A stretch of DNA of 63,616 nucleotides, filler included, from Octopus bimaculoides (taxonomy: Eukaryota), in NCBI RefSeq assembly GCF_001194135.2. It is 3 parts of 3 records of this genome, joined end to end, with 100 filler letters (N's around TTAATTAATTAA, not from the genome) between each part and the next. Parts side by side here need not be neighbours in the genome. Positions count along the whole stretch, not along the records: positions 37,985 to 63,616 come from NC_068991.1; 2 more parts are not named here. The stretch is one strand, 5' to 3'. Positions 40,089 through 53,069 of this stretch are shown in pieces. A program made the position numbers and the translations under genes. Positions within the stretch are counted from its first letter, which is position 1. Each line of letters starts with the position of its first letter. Below the pieces are notes generated by a model, which saw only the letters and a list, made by a program, of their open reading frames with translations, was not told the origin of the DNA and did not search any database.

Positions 40089-40433
40089 CTTGAGAAAATA
40101 GAATCAAAATTTCCATTCACAAGAGAAATAGGGACAACAGCANNNNNNNNNNAGGAGGAGGAGGAGGAGAAGGACGACGACGATTGTGACAATGACCATG
40201 GCAACGATAAAGATGATGTCGAAGACGACGACTACGACGTCGATGATGACAATCATGAGAGCTATGACGATAAAAGTAATGTTGATGGTAGCAGTAGTGG
40301 TGATGATGATGGTGGTGGTGGTAGTGGTGGTGGTGGTGGCGGAGGAAGAGGGTGGTGATTAATGAGGCTATGGTTAGAGGTCTTTTTTTCTGCTGCGTTA
40401 ATTGATTCTGGAAAGAAAGCGTAACAATCTTAC

Positions 40434-40636
40434 CACAACTGGAAGAATGCCATGACGTGGCAGCTGGAATAGACGATATTATTGATTCTCCAACTGTAGT
40501 TACGAAACAGATAGGCAACGGGTGCAATGGGCAAGACACACAGGCCCCAGGTGACACCACTCAAACCGCTCATCAACGTACGACTCGAAACCGGAAAAAG
40601 CTCCAACATAAGAGTGTAAGTTGCTACAGAAAGGCC
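40434..40636 (-). CDS. SLC22-like transporter exon (TM4 end to TM6)
   Basis: Acceptor ctattctaacag|GGC and donor TG|gtaaga; 203 nt, phase 0 to 2. Encodes GLSVATYTLMLELFPVSSRTLMSGLSGVTWGLCVLPIAPVAYLFRNYSWRINNIVYSSCHVMAFFQLW, with the E..P...R and AY..R..WR motifs. Confidence 0.9.
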
Positions 40637-40658
40637 CTGTTAGAATAGGAACATTGGT

Positions 40659-40709
<51 letters not shown>

Positions 40710-40829
40710 AATAAATAAGAAATTATGCGGATAAACAAATTAGACACGTTAAATATATTCAATATATTAAATACATTAAATACAAAATATGTATATATGA
40801 TTCCATGCAAAACGAGAGAAGTTCATATC

Positions 40830-41767
40830 TGGTGACTGGCTAGGCTATGGAAGCTATTTTATGCTATTCTCTTCCAACCAGCCTTGGGTCATTTTAGCCA
40901 TGTGACAAGGAGCCCCATCTACCATAAATAAGATTCTTCTTTAATCACTTTACCACTGGAGAAGACTTGAAGGAGTATTTTCTACAATATGGACAAATAT
41001 TCATTTGAGTTTATGCTTCCTTCACACTCCACCAACTCTGATCGACCATTACTTCAAATTGCTCCCCAGACCATCACAGAATAGCTGCCGTGTTTCACTG
41101 TTGGCTGCAATCTTTTCACGTCAAATTCTTGATCACAGGGACTCCAGACCCACAATCGACCACTGTCAGAAAATATAGTAAATTTGGATTCATCAGAGAA
41201 TATAACAATGTCCCAATGCTAGTGGCCTCTCCACCATCTCGCTGACCCAATCTTTTCTCTGCTTGATATTGGCCGGTCGAAGAAGTGGCTTCCTTCTTGC
41301 TGCTCTGCCATAGTAACCAAGCTTGTGGAGATATCTGACAGCTGTTCTGGGATTGACATCAACTTGTTCTGCTATATCAGAGGACTTGCAACGAGGATTA
41401 TCCTCCACACTTCATTTAACAAAGCGAAGGGTCTTGTCAGAGGGCCCTGGTCGATCTAGGCGAGGTAATATGGATTCCCTGCCCTCCCTGGGGAATTGCA
41501 CAATCACTCTATTAACTGTAGAAAGTCAGATCCCAAGGTTTTTCTGCTATTTTACTCTGACTAGATCCACCTTCAGACTGACTCACAATACGGCCTCTTT
41601 GAAATTCGGCCAGTTCCAAGCCTTATTTTGTCTGTGGCATGATTAAACAGTGACATACAGAACTTGATACATAAATATGCCAATTAATAAAAAATATATA
41701 ACTTTTCGAGTTAAAATAAGCTTAAAACGATGTCTTATGGGGTGTCTATTTACTTCTGACATGTCTG
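40830..41767 (-). mobile_element. Tc1-type DNA transposon remnant in an SLC22 intron
   Basis: TIR-like CAGACATGTCAGAAGTAAATAGACACC (41767-41741). ATG at 41640, then [41 protein letters not shown]; stops and frameshifts. Confidence 0.9.
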
Positions 41768-41810
41768 TTTATATATTAGACGCCCACAATAATATAAACA
41801 CGTATTTACA

Positions 41811-41847
<37 letters not shown>

Positions 41848-42384
41848 NNNNNNNNNNNNNNNNNNNNNNNNNNNNNNNNNNNNNNNNNNNNNNNNNNNNN
41901 NNNNNNNNNNNNNNNNNNNNNNNNNNNNNNNNNNNNNNNNNNNNNNNNNNNNNNNNNNNNNNNNNNNNNNNNNNNNNNNNNNNNNNNNNNNNNNNNNNNN
42001 NNNNNNNNNNNNNNNNNNNNNNNNNNNNNNNNNNNNNNNNNNNNNNNNNNNNNNNNNNNNNNNNNNNNNNNNNNNNNNNNNNNNNNNNNNNNNNNNNNNN
42101 NNNNNNNNNNNNNNNNNNNNNNNNNNNNNNNNNNNNNNNNNNNNNNNNNNNNNNNNNNNNNNNNNNNNNNNNNNNNNNNNNNNNNNNNNNNNNNNNNNNN
42201 NNNNNNNNNNNNNNNNNNNNNNNNNNNNNNNNNNNNNNNNNNNNNNNNNNNNNNNNNNNNNNNNNNNNNNNNNNNNNNNNNNNNNNNNNNNNNNNNNNNN
42301 NNNNNNNNNNNNNNNNNNNNNNNNNNNNNNNNNNNNNNNCACACACACACACACACACACCTCGCATGTAAGCGGGCGCACACA

Positions 42385-42422
<38 letters not shown>

Positions 42423-42947
42423 AAATCTTGATAATACTAAAACTCTTGGGATGTTTGTGTGTAACTGAAATATCTCTGAAATACTATATTTTATCTTCAT
42501 TTTTCTTTTGCATATTATTTTCATACTTTCGCCAGTGCAGTACAAATTTTTGTGATATTTGAACCTCTGTTTAAACGATTAAACACAATTTTTTTTTGTT
42601 ATTTCTTGACAAGAAAAGTACATGGCTTCCGTGACGTCAACACACATACACACGTACAGAATACACACACATATAATGAATGTCATGCCCTGTCAATCAA
42701 CGAAAACACACGTCCGCTATCTGTGACATATACACACACGCTGTGTGTGTGTGTATATGTCTAAGAATTAAAAAAACGTCGAGTTTTTGACATACGCAGT
42801 ATTTTAATCATTTAGAAATATTTTTAACTGAATGTGATTTCATCATCCGGAGTTCGTTAATTTCCGTAAACATTTTTATTTATTTACATTTGTCTTAAAG
42901 TGAAAGAGAGGTGAAAGTGGAAGATGTATGTACGTGTATATGAAATA

Positions 42948-43050
<103 letters not shown>

Positions 43051-43183
43051 GAGAGAGTGAGAGTGAGAGTGAGTGAAGGAGTGTGTTGTCATGTATACGT
43101 ACATACATTAGTACATATGCGTACATCTTTTTTGTATATACGTGTGCATGTGTGCATGTTTGAGTGTGCGTGTGTGTGAGAGA

Positions 43184-43217
<34 letters not shown>

Positions 43218-43306
43218 AAGAGAGAGAGGGAAAGAGAGAGAGAGAGAAAGACAGAGAGGGAAAGAGAGAGAGAGAGAGACAGAGAGACAGAAAGAGAGAG
43301 AGAGAA

Positions 43307-43337
<31 letters not shown>

Positions 43338-43367
43338 AAGACAGAGAGAGAAAGACANNNNNNNNNN

Positions 43368-43432
<65 letters not shown>

Positions 43433-44587
43433 AAGACAGAGAGAGAAAGACAGAGAGAGAGAAAGACACAGAGAGAGAAAGACAGAGAGAGAGAAAGACA
43501 GAGAGAGAAAGAGAGAGTGAGTGAACGTGTGTGTTCTCAAGTATGTGTAAGTAGCTCTCTCTCTCTCCCTCTCTCTCATACACGCCCATTTCATATACAC
43601 GTTCATACATCTTTCACTTTCTACTCTCACTTTAAAACGAAAGTAGCAAGTGATTTTCAGGATAAAAATTATTTAAAAAAAAGGCTTCTACTCGTGTAAA
43701 TTGATTACTATNNNNNNNNNNATTATTAAAAAAAAAGGCTTCTACTCGTGTAAATTGATTACTATTGTTTGGATAGTTCCAATTAAATAAGTCCAGAAGC
43801 TTGGTTAAATATATATATACATGCATAAATACCATGAATTCCCATTCTACAATCTAGCAAATAATTCCGTGAATATTTTACCGGGCAACGCTGGGTAGTA
43901 AGTCTAGTATTATATAAAACACGACATGATATGATATATATATATGCAGGCCAATGAAGTCTCTTCTTCTTAGGAGTTCGACCTTCTGTAAATATTGCAA
44001 TACTGCTTCCATGAGGTTAATCGATAAAATCGAACCCAGTACTTCGTCACTTGTCTTACTCGACCTTCAATGATGGTAAAAGTAAAGTTGACCAGTGTGG
44101 GATTTGAACTTAGGATTTAGAGGTACTCAATCAAACCCAATACGTTACTGATTCTACCAATGGGACACCGTCACAGATGCCTTGTTTTACATTACTCCTT
44201 CTACTCCTTAAGGGACACTGTCGCGACATATGGCGTAAGTTGATTCATTTAAGACCTGGTGGAGAGCATAGCCCCCCCCCCAGGCCTGACCCCAGATGAC
44301 TTCCAAAAAAGAGGAAAAGCAATAGACAGAAAGAAAGAAAAGCATGAGAGAAAGAGAAGAATCTACTCCAATACAAGAATACTACTTCATTTATCAACAC
44401 CAAAAGGCGAAACTGACTTCGGCGGGATTTGAACTTAAAGCTAAGACGTACGCAACCAAATCCAACATTATTGATTCTTTCTATATTGAAACCACATGTT
44501 ACATGAATATTAATTTTGCCTCACTGTGAACACAGACCTCGTGGTTGAAACACAGGAATCTCAGAAACCAAGATGAAAGATTAAATC

Positions 44588-44620
44588 GACTAGTTTCAGT
44601 GGTTATTAAAGTCTCGTCAG
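44588..44620 (-). ncRNA. Hammerhead-like motif with intact core and weak stems
   Basis: CTGACGA-G-ACTTTAATAACCACT-GAAA-CTAG-TC: palindromic stem III ACTAGT and a GUC site. Confidence 0.45.
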
Positions 44621-44814
44621 GCCACGCTTGCTTTCTCTTAGCTTCGAAGAGAAAGTAGTCATACAATGTATGGAAAACGTACACAAGATCAGACAAGACC
44701 TGGCTGACGAGGGGCCACCTTCCGGATTCAAGCATGTGGTCTGTTTTCAAAGGAAACTAAATGTGTCTTTATTAAAGATATCTTTTATCTTTGACTTGTA
44801 TTAGTTAGACGACA

Positions 44815-45135
44815 GCAGCCATCCTGGGGCATCGTCTTGAAGGGTTTTAGTGTAAAAGATCGACCCCAGTACATATTTTTTAAAGTTTGGTACTTATTCT
44901 ATCGGTCTCTTATACCGAACCGCTAAGTAAATGGGACGTAACCAAATCAGCACCGGTTGTCAGGCGGTGGGGAGGAGAAGACAAACACACACGCGCACAC
45001 AAATACATATACGACGAGTTTCCATCCAGTTTCTGTCTAACAAACTCACTTACAAGGCATTGGACGGTCTGTAGTAGACGATACTTGCTCCAAGGGCCGC
45101 AGAGTGGGTCTTCTACAATCGAAACCACGTGACTG
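44815..45135 (-). mobile_element. SINE family A, degenerate
   Basis: Colinear with 56830-57245. Confidence 0.75.
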
Positions 45136-45489
45136 CAAAGCGAGCTTAGTTTTACATTTTATAATTTAATCTCAAACACTCCGTGTTAGTGCTTCATTTT
45201 ATTAATATTCACGGCCATACTTACACAGATACATAAATAGGATCAAGTGCGCTCCGTTTATATTCATTCACACAAAACACGGCTGTAACCTTGTTAAAAA
45301 TCTTAATATGCGACTGTGTATGCGTGTGGGTGTCTGACTATCCGCGCCCCTGTATCTTGTGCGTGAATTGTGTATATGTGAGGTGAGGTTCGATTCGGTT
45401 CGATTCATAAAAAGGCTTGACGTCGTAAACGACGGAGTGTCAACAACAACAATAGTTGCATGTCTAGACATGCGCAGATAAACTTAAAT

Positions 45490-45720
45490 ACTAAACGTCT
45501 GCAAAGTTTTACTGATTTTTCCCGTACTATCGATGGCTTCAATGTGTAACCTTCTAATTAGCCTTCTCCTTTTTGATTTTCAGAAGCCCAATTTCCCAAG
45601 ATTGGTATTTAGGCAGTGTGTTACATATCCCAGGGCCCGAATGATTACAGGTATAGACCTGAACTTGTCATATCGGTAGAATAATTGCAAATTTCTCAAT
45701 AGTTCAGCATAGGTGTTTTC
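45490..45720 (-). repeat. Copy of the Penelope-associated 3' segment at 13975-14215
   Basis: Shared ..CAAGATTGGTA.TTAGGCAGTGTGTT.CATAT..TTTCTCAATAGTTCAGC. Confidence 0.75.
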
Positions 45721-46009
45721 ATTATGTTGACATCTACTGGTCAACCGATTTCCACTACGCTATATAGTGTATGTATGTATGTATGCATGTATGTATGTAT
45801 GTATGCATGTATGTATGTATGCATGTATGCATGTATGTATGTATGCATGTATGTATGCATGCATGTATATACTTATGTGCAAGTATGTGTATATATATGT
45901 GTGTATTTATGCATGCATCTATGCATGTGTGTATATGTGTGTATGTGTATGTATGCATGTATGTATGCATGTGTGTATGTGTATGTATGTAGGGGCCTGG
46001 ATTTTCTAG

Positions 46010-46500
46010 GATTCTCCATTATATTACGCATGGAGTTCCATGTATGGCGGCTGAAGGACGAAGGAATTCCACCCGTAATATCATGGAGAATCGTAGAAAA
46101 TAATTCAGGCCCTTACATAAACGGGACCAAGCATTATAAACTGTGCACAGCCGGACGGGCGAGGATATTAAATGACTCCCTCGACCCTAGAAGCATCCTT
46201 CACTCCAGATTAGAAGTCTTTGGTCCCTATTTGCACTTGAGGAAATCTCAGCTGACATCCTGGAACACACACGATAATAGAATCGATTATGAATAACAGC
46301 TAAAAGGAGACAAACCCCATGTTGTTGACAGAATAACGAAGTCCTTCTCTCCTCCATTGTCTAGAGAGGTTACTTGCCACAGAGGCCATGTGCCAATAGG
46401 TTTTGGGGTCTGATGATACGCTGTAAAGCTAAACGCTTTATGGACGTGAAACGCAAAGTAATTCCATAGACCGGACGTATCTATCATTATTCTATACTGC
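46010..46500 (+). mobile_element. Penelope-like 3' remnant: GIY-YIG C-terminus plus hammerhead-bearing tail
   Basis: WRLKDEGIPPVISWRIVE..PYINGTKHYKLC..LDPRSILHSRLEVFG, stop at 46296. Confidence 0.82.
46404..46466 (+). ncRNA. Type I hammerhead ribozyme with long stem II
   Basis: TGGGGT-CTGATGA-T-ACGCTGTAAAGC taaac GCTTTATGGACGT-GAAA-C gcaaa G-TA-ATTCCA; predicted GUA cleavage at 46460. Confidence 0.7.
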
Positions 46501-47019
46501 TCTATAACTTAGAGTGTGCTTCTTTTTCGGATTTATGATTTAGCGACGATATGTATATATATATANNNNNNNNNNNNNNNNNNNNNNNNNNNNNNNNNNN
46601 NNNNNNNNNNNNNNNNNNNNNNNNNNNNNNNNNNNNNNNNNNNNNNNNNNNNNNNNNNNNNNNNNNNNNNNNNNNNNNNNNNNNNNNNNNNNNNNNNNNN
46701 NNNNNNNNNNNNNNNNNNNNNNNNNNNNNNNNNNNNNNNNNNNNNNNNNNNNNNNNNNNNNNNNNNNNNNNNNNNNNNNNNNNNNNNNNNNNNNNNNNNN
46801 NNNNNNNNNNNNNNNNNNNNNNNNNNNNNNNNNNNNNNNNNNNNNNNNNNNNNNNNNNNNNNNNNNNNNNNNNNNNNNNNNNNNNNNNNNNNNNNNNNNN
46901 NNNNNNNNNNNNNNNNNNNNNNNNNNNNNNNNNNNNNNNNNNNNNNNNNNNNNNNNNNNNNNNNNNNNNNNNNNNNNNNNNNNNNNNNNATTTTTCATAT
47001 TTTGTTATATTTTGGGTAA

Positions 47020-47711
47020 AGACTGAACGAGTACGATCGTGAATACAAAACAACAGAAATGGGGTTCCTGCGAGGGGTTCCAGGAGTAATGTTACTCGAC
47101 AGAGTACATGACTCGGAGTTGAAGGAGTGTTTCTAAGTCGAGAGGTTTCTTTGCATTAAGAGGTTCAATAGACATATGGTTAGAACAGTGGTTTCCAAAG
47201 TGGGCGATACCACCACACCCCTGGGGGCGGTGGAAAGTTCCAAGGAGGCGCTGAAGAAAAGCGGGGCCATAACGAGGTAGCCAAAAGAGGGCGATTGATG
47301 TAAAAACAACAAAATAGTGGGTTAAGTAGGTTACGTTTTATTTGTGAAATACAGTTGCTTTGAATTTGCATCAGAAAATGATCTATGTTTGTGGTGGTAA
47401 GTTAGGTGTGCGATGCTAGAAATGTGGCCTGGGCAGCAGGAAAAAATTTGGGAACCACTGGGTTAGAATGTCACAGAAAAGGCTCACAAGAAAGATTCTT
47501 TGATCCAAGACACCCAGTAGGAGACCTTGGGGTCGACCAAAAACGAAACGGTTAAATAATATCCATATTTTCAGTTGGTTACGCTTGAGAATCTAGCAAG
47601 AAATTATAATGGCAGTTGCTTCTGATAGGACCCCTATGGAAAAGGTGGCTGAGTATTTTAGCCCCACTATCTTCCCAGGAATAGTAAGAGGCGAAAATGG
47701 ATGGATAGATG
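47020..47711 (+). pseudogene. RTE (Rex3/Expander-like) LINE 3' end interrupted by a MITE
   Basis: TERVRS..TEMGFLRGVPGVMLLDRV..RHMVR|M..RRPWGRPKT..SWLRLRI..VASDR; ends AAAATGGATGGATAGATG. Confidence 0.8.
47186..47460. mobile_element. hAT-type MITE, 275 bp
   Basis: TIRs CAGTGGTTTCCAAA / TTTGGGAACCACTG; perfect 8-bp TSD GGTTAGAA (47178-47185, 47461-47468). Confidence 0.92.
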
Positions 47712-47984
47712 TTATATTTTGGTAAGATTTATATTATTAAAGGAAAAGCTTTCATCTACTTTTATTACTTTCCTTCTAATTGTTTTTCTCGCATCTCAGT
47801 TGCTGTTTGTCGATAATTGTTTCTCTCACTCCTCCCACACCCAAGACTTCCTCTCATCTCTGTAGCTTTTCTATGGATATAGATTTTTTTTATATATTTT
47901 TTTCGGCTGATCTTTTGTGTTGTATTACATCCATAGAAAAATCCCATGACTGACCATGAAATTGCACCTACAAAGTTACCTTCC

Positions 47985-48250
47985 GAGGCCCAAGTCCGGG
48001 CAAGGTTGCGCCTGGAAATCCAGCAGTTGCCCATGCATACCAACTTTCTCTTTCTATGCCACTGATGTTATCCAAGGGAAAGGCAAAGTTTGGCACCGGT
48101 GACGTCGCAACTCATTTCTACACCTGTATGAACTGGAGTAACGTGAAATAAAATGACTTACTCAAGAACACAACCTACAGCCCGGTCCGGGAATCGAACT
48201 TACTACGTCATGGTTGTGACCCCGACACTCTAACCACTGGGCCATTAGTA
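47985..48250 (-). mobile_element. SINE family D
   Basis: Reverse complement of 34510-34800. Confidence 0.75.
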
Positions 48251-48339
48251 TAGAAAAAACTGATACTACTCGAAAAAATTTATAGGCTACAGAGATAACG
48301 GGACAAGAACTTTCAAACATAAAAGGGATTATCTATCTA

Positions 48340-48645
48340 TCTATTCGCCCTTTTAAAGCCTAGCCAGGCTCATGGACCCGGTTCCTGGTTTCAATGGCGT
48401 ATGTGTTCCTCCCAGCTGGACGGGACGCCAGTCCATCGCAGCATTACTCATGCAACAGGAAGAAAGAGTGAGAAAAAGTTGGGGCGAAAGAGTACATCAG
48501 GGGTCGCCGCCACCTCCTGCCGGAGCCTCGTGGAGCTTTAGGTGTTTGCGCTCAATAAACACACACAACGCCCGGTCTGGGAATTGAAACCGCGATCCTC
48601 CGACCGCGAGTCCGCTGTCCTAACCACTGGGCCATTGCACCTCCA
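48340..48645 (-). mobile_element. SINE family C (head and 5' body)
   Basis: GGTGCAATGGCCCAGTGGTTAGG..GGTTTCAATTCCC A/B boxes. Confidence 0.8.
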
Positions 48646-48859
48646 GAAAAGAGATTATAGACATACAGAAGCCGGTGAATGTGTTTATACATTTAATAAT
48701 GGGGTTCTTCCAAAATATGATAATATTGCTTTCAACACACAGTTTTGGATCAAAATTCCTGCAGAATAAATTCAAAAATAGAAACAAGAAAACAGCAGAC
48801 AAAGTATTTCAACAAAATATGGCAGCAAAAATGAATGATTGCATATGTTGTCTTTTGTT

Positions 48860-49140
48860 TCATTTTGCTTCTTTCAGTCATTGGACCGTGGCCATGCTAC
48901 AGCATCGCCTTGAAGAGCTTTCGTCGAACGAACCGCCCTAAGCATGGTACGAATTCTGTGGAATCCTTACACCGAACCGGTAGATTACGGGGACGTAAAC
49001 AAACCAACACCTTCAAGCGGTGTTGTAGGGGACAAGCACAAACACAAAGATACACACACACACACACAACTGGCTTTTACAGTCTGTCTACCAGATTCAC
49101 TCATCGGCCTTTGGTCGGCCCGGGGCTATAGTTGAAGACT
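48860..49140 (-). mobile_element. SINE family A fragment
   Basis: Colinear with 53090-53409. Confidence 0.75.
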
Positions 49141-49507
49141 ATACATACATATACGAGTCGTATTGTACGATAATAGAAATTATATTTCCCACGTCTGCAA
49201 CACTTTATCAGTATCTTCTTGTACGTGTGGTTTTCATATCCACCACTGAAAGTATTTAATTCTTGATCTGTAAAGAGATATTTGAAGAATTAGGTGAAAT
49301 AAAATTGAGAAAAATCCGAGAAATTGACCTTTATAAAAAGCGTCACCAGGAGTGTCTCTACTTCTCGCAGTATACGGAGAGGATTTTTTCAAAGCCGTGG
49401 GTAAACCCGCTTTCCGCAGTTACGGGTAATAAACATTTTGAGAGGATTTCCGCATTCAAAGAGTTAAAAAAAAAAACGTTCTAAGTAATGATGTTTAAAT
49501 TGCTTAC

Positions 49508-49713
49508 CTCCGATACAAAAGATTGATGTTTTCCTTCATCGTAAGCATATCCGTTTATACATGTTAATGTGCGGTTCGAACTCTTACTGCTCCGACTGAT
49601 TATTCTTATATGACATTTTCCGTACACTACGTCGTGAGTGTCATTGCTTTCGTAGCCATAGTCGTATAACTGAGATATGTTCAAATTAGCACATCTGGAA
49701 GTGGGAATTGAAC
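49508..49713 (-). CDS. SLC22-like transporter, extracellular loop exon
   Basis: Acceptor ttgtttcag|GT and donor GAG|gtaagc; 206 nt, phase 1 to 0. Encodes (G)SIPTSRCANLNISQ...GKCHI...NRTLTCINGYAYDEGKHQSFVSE: three loop Cys, sequons NIS/NDT/NRT and the family motif C..GY.YD....S.VSE. Confidence 0.92.
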
Positions 49714-50623
49714 CTGAAACAATAACAAAGCATTTTAATAGTATTTTACGCATTTATTCTTTTACTGAATTCAGTGATTGAATCACGGACATGCTGGAGC
49801 ACCACTTTTGACGGTTTCAGTTGATCATATCGATCTCAAGAATTTATTTAGTCTTATACTGTAATAGCTAAGGTTTACCTTCTTGGTGTAAAGGAACACA
49901 AATCAATACACGGATTTACATTAGTGTACAAAAGCGTACATACATACACACACTCATACATAATACATACATACATACATACATACATACATACATACAC
50001 ACGCGCGCACACATACACACATACACTCACACACACATATGATTATATATACTCCGTATCTGCCAGCATTCTCGCATAAGACGCACCCTATTTTATAAAT
50101 ATATTTTGTGGATAAAATAAATTTTGTTATACTCTTACTGAAAGATATTTTTAAAGTGGTTTTGTGGGACAGAAATATATGCTTCTATGCATGTAAATAT
50201 ATTACCGTGACATTATAATGGAATAATGCATGAAACCATAAATTTACCAGAGCTAAACTACGATATGGTAGTTCTGCATTTCACTTTATCCTCTTTCAGA
50301 TCATATTCGATGTAAACTTCGTATTTCTAGCTGTGATCCTTTGTGCTACAGCGATCGAACACCAGGATGACTCACCACCGCTATGATTTTGTTGTCATCT
50401 ACTCGTAACCGTTCATCTTTCTAGATGACTCATTTAGATAATTAAGAATTGGTTTTTAAAGACAGCAGAGCCATTTAATAATGTAAGACATATATTAGGC
50501 GTGAGTTGTTTGCTAATGAAGGTTATATAATTAGATAATGTGACCTCCACAAATAACTGCATTAGATACAGAATAATTTTTGATACTCTGAAAATAGGAA
50601 AAGCGCGTCTTATACACCAAGAT

Positions 50624-50775
50624 ATAGTAGTCTGATCAATAAGTATCCGGACTGTTGCCATAGTAACAAAGCTAAAGCATGCAGAGTGAAGCCGCTTGGC
50701 ACAGATTGACTATGAACTCTGCTCTGCATGCACACTAATTTTTAATTTTCTAGCTCACTTCTGCTGCTTACAGCA
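50624..50775 (+). mobile_element. Mariner-type terminal fragment
   Basis: TA-TAGTAGTCTGATCAATAAGTATCCGGAC resembles mariner TIRs. Confidence 0.55.
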
Positions 50776-51239
50776 TTCCCCTGACAAATCAACTAAAACC
50801 TCTAGAAAAGTGGAAAACAGTAGGGCCACCAGACCTTTTTCATAGTTACTGGCTGAAAAGGTTTCAGAAATCACGGAATGTCAATGGTTCAATAAAATGA
50901 GAAGACATAGAGAACGACTGCGGTTAATATAAGGATAAATCGGCCTAATAATGAAAGAATGATGTTCAAGCACAAAGTCCAAGAAACACAGTGCTTAAAG
51001 ATTTTTTATAAGTGGTGTCAGTAAATATTCCGCCTGTACATAGAACAACATAGAATGGGTCCGCAGAAAGCAAAGTTGCCCTGTTGAAAATCCAGCCTGA
51101 GAATATGTTGTATAGGCTAGTAAGAGTATACTGGACACACCGGCTAACAAGAATACATCTTTTTACAACTTCTCTATAATGTGTAAGGTTCAAATTCATT
51201 TCAGGCTTTCAAATAGACTAAGACGTAGTTTGAACCACT

Positions 51240-51410
51240 GATTGAGAAGCTACGGCAGAAGTAACTCGTCCTAGCTCCGAATACGCCTTTGCCTTTCATC
51301 CTTTCGGGGTCGATAAATTGAGTACAAATTGAGCACTGGGGCCGATCTAATTGACTGGCCCCCCCTCCCCCAAAATTTAGGGCCTTCTGCCCAAAGTAGA
51401 AAAGAATATT
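51240..51410 (+). mobile_element. SINE family B, degenerate
   Basis: TTTGCCTTTCATCCTTTCGGGGTCGATAAATT. Confidence 0.7.
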
Positions 51411-52118
51411 AACTGAAATTTAAGTTTTATGCGTTTATCATAAAACGCTGCATCTCGAGTTCAAATCCAACCATGGCCTACACTGCATCTTGCAAGCATC
51501 GGACTCACGTTTCTCGTTTGAGGATACTTTCCTCCTGTCACTCCCAGAGGCCCTGTAAAAGAGTCACGTGACATGGACATTGCCTTTCTTCCAGACCAAA
51601 AGATTCCTAATTCTTTCTAATTTTTGTACAAGGCTAACAATTTTGAGGGGAGAGCGAAAGACGATTACAAGCCTAGTCCTGGAGTCGTACTTTATTTTAT
51701 CGACCTTTAAAGGATAAGAGGTAAAGTCAACCTTGGATGAATTTCAACCCAGAATATGAAGAATAGGAAGAAATGCCATTAAGTATATTGTCCGACTTGT
51801 TACCGATTCTGCCAGCACTTCACCTTCCACAAAAAATATAATAAAACTCCACTGAGTGGATACAAAATCATGGCCTTTCCGCCAATGTTAGATTGGCCTC
51901 AGCATCCCTTCCACAAAACCAGTCCTGAAGGCCCTGTAAAAGGGGACATGAGTAAAAGGAAAGACTAATGACCCCTGTAGAAGGCATTACTCACGCCTGA
52001 CTAGATGATAACAAGAAAAGGCCTCTTTCAGCGGATACAAGACCATGGCCCTTCCACCAAAACGGTGGGGTATATCTAAAATCTACAAAAGAAAAGATAA
52101 ATATTTTTTAACACCTAC

Positions 52119-52245
52119 CGATAAATACAATCTTCAGCAATGCAATAGCAAAAGGAATCATGGAAACGTCTGTGACCAGATATTGGGTGACCTGGAAGAA
52201 ACCTTTTGGTTTCAAACTGACCAGTAGAGAATCGACGTCGATCAT
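52119..52245 (-). CDS. SLC22-like transporter, first coding exon (N-terminus and TM1)
   Basis: ATG at 52245 reads MIDVDSLLVSLKPKGFFQVTQYLVTDVSMIPFAIALLKIVFI-G, matching the SLC22 N-terminal pattern D..L..(L)G..G.(F/Y)Q plus TM1. Phase-1 donor G|gtaggt at 52119/52118 joins in frame to the exon at 49713. Acceptor tgttacag| at 52262 implies a 16-nt UTR and an upstream non-coding exon. Too short for the ORF track. Confidence 0.85.
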
Positions 52246-52915
52246 TTTGTCCGCTGTTTAACTGTAACACTAATTATTACTTCTTTGGAAATGTTGATAA
52301 TGTCAACGAAGATGACAAAGACGACGAGGACGACGGTGATGACGATGATACTGATCTGGTGATGACAATGCCGTGGATGAAGTCGATACTGCTGCAAATA
52401 TAATCGTCGTTGAACTTTGTGTTAGCTTCAATGCGTTTGTATTTTTCGACGTGTATCACAGCTACACTCCACCATTCTGGTTCTGATAGTTTATGATTCC
52501 TCTCTCTATAAGTTATATTGTTATCATTGTAATGTAGTTGTAATGTACCAATCGGCTACGTTTGAGGGGGTGGCTAAAATTAAGTCAGAAACAGATAGAG
52601 CATGGTAGAGGATTGGTCGCACTACAACACTACATAGAAAAAGACCCTTTCTACGGTCCATAGCGCAATCCCACACGCAAATACATACCTAAAGATACAA
52701 ACGCATTCACCCCAACCATTCACCATTGAAGCCAAAAGTGTACAAGACGGTAACTAAAGAAAGGAATAATGTGCGTGTGTGTGCGTGTGTTTGTGTTTGT
52801 GTGTGCGTGCGTGTACATAGACATGTGCCTACCTACCTACCTACCTACCTACCTACATACATACATACATACATATATACACACACATACATAAATACAT
52901 ACGTGCATACATATT

Positions 52916-52946
<31 letters not shown>

Positions 52947-53037
52947 ACACACACGAGCTGTGCGGACTATACCGAACTGGCTTGGTGCCTCAATTTAAAT
53001 ACATAATTCAACTGAATCTTAATTATGTGTGTGTGTG

Positions 53038-53068
<31 letters not shown>

Positions 53069-53069
53069 A

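Noticed and set aside
47575-47721. Apparent plus-strand exon with good acceptor and GTAAG donor
   Set aside because: Stops in all three frames, and it is the 3' end of the RTE LINE.
50350-50440. Minus-strand CTAAATGA-GTCATCTA..TAGATGAC hairpin
   Set aside because: The stem is real but GAAA and stem III are missing.
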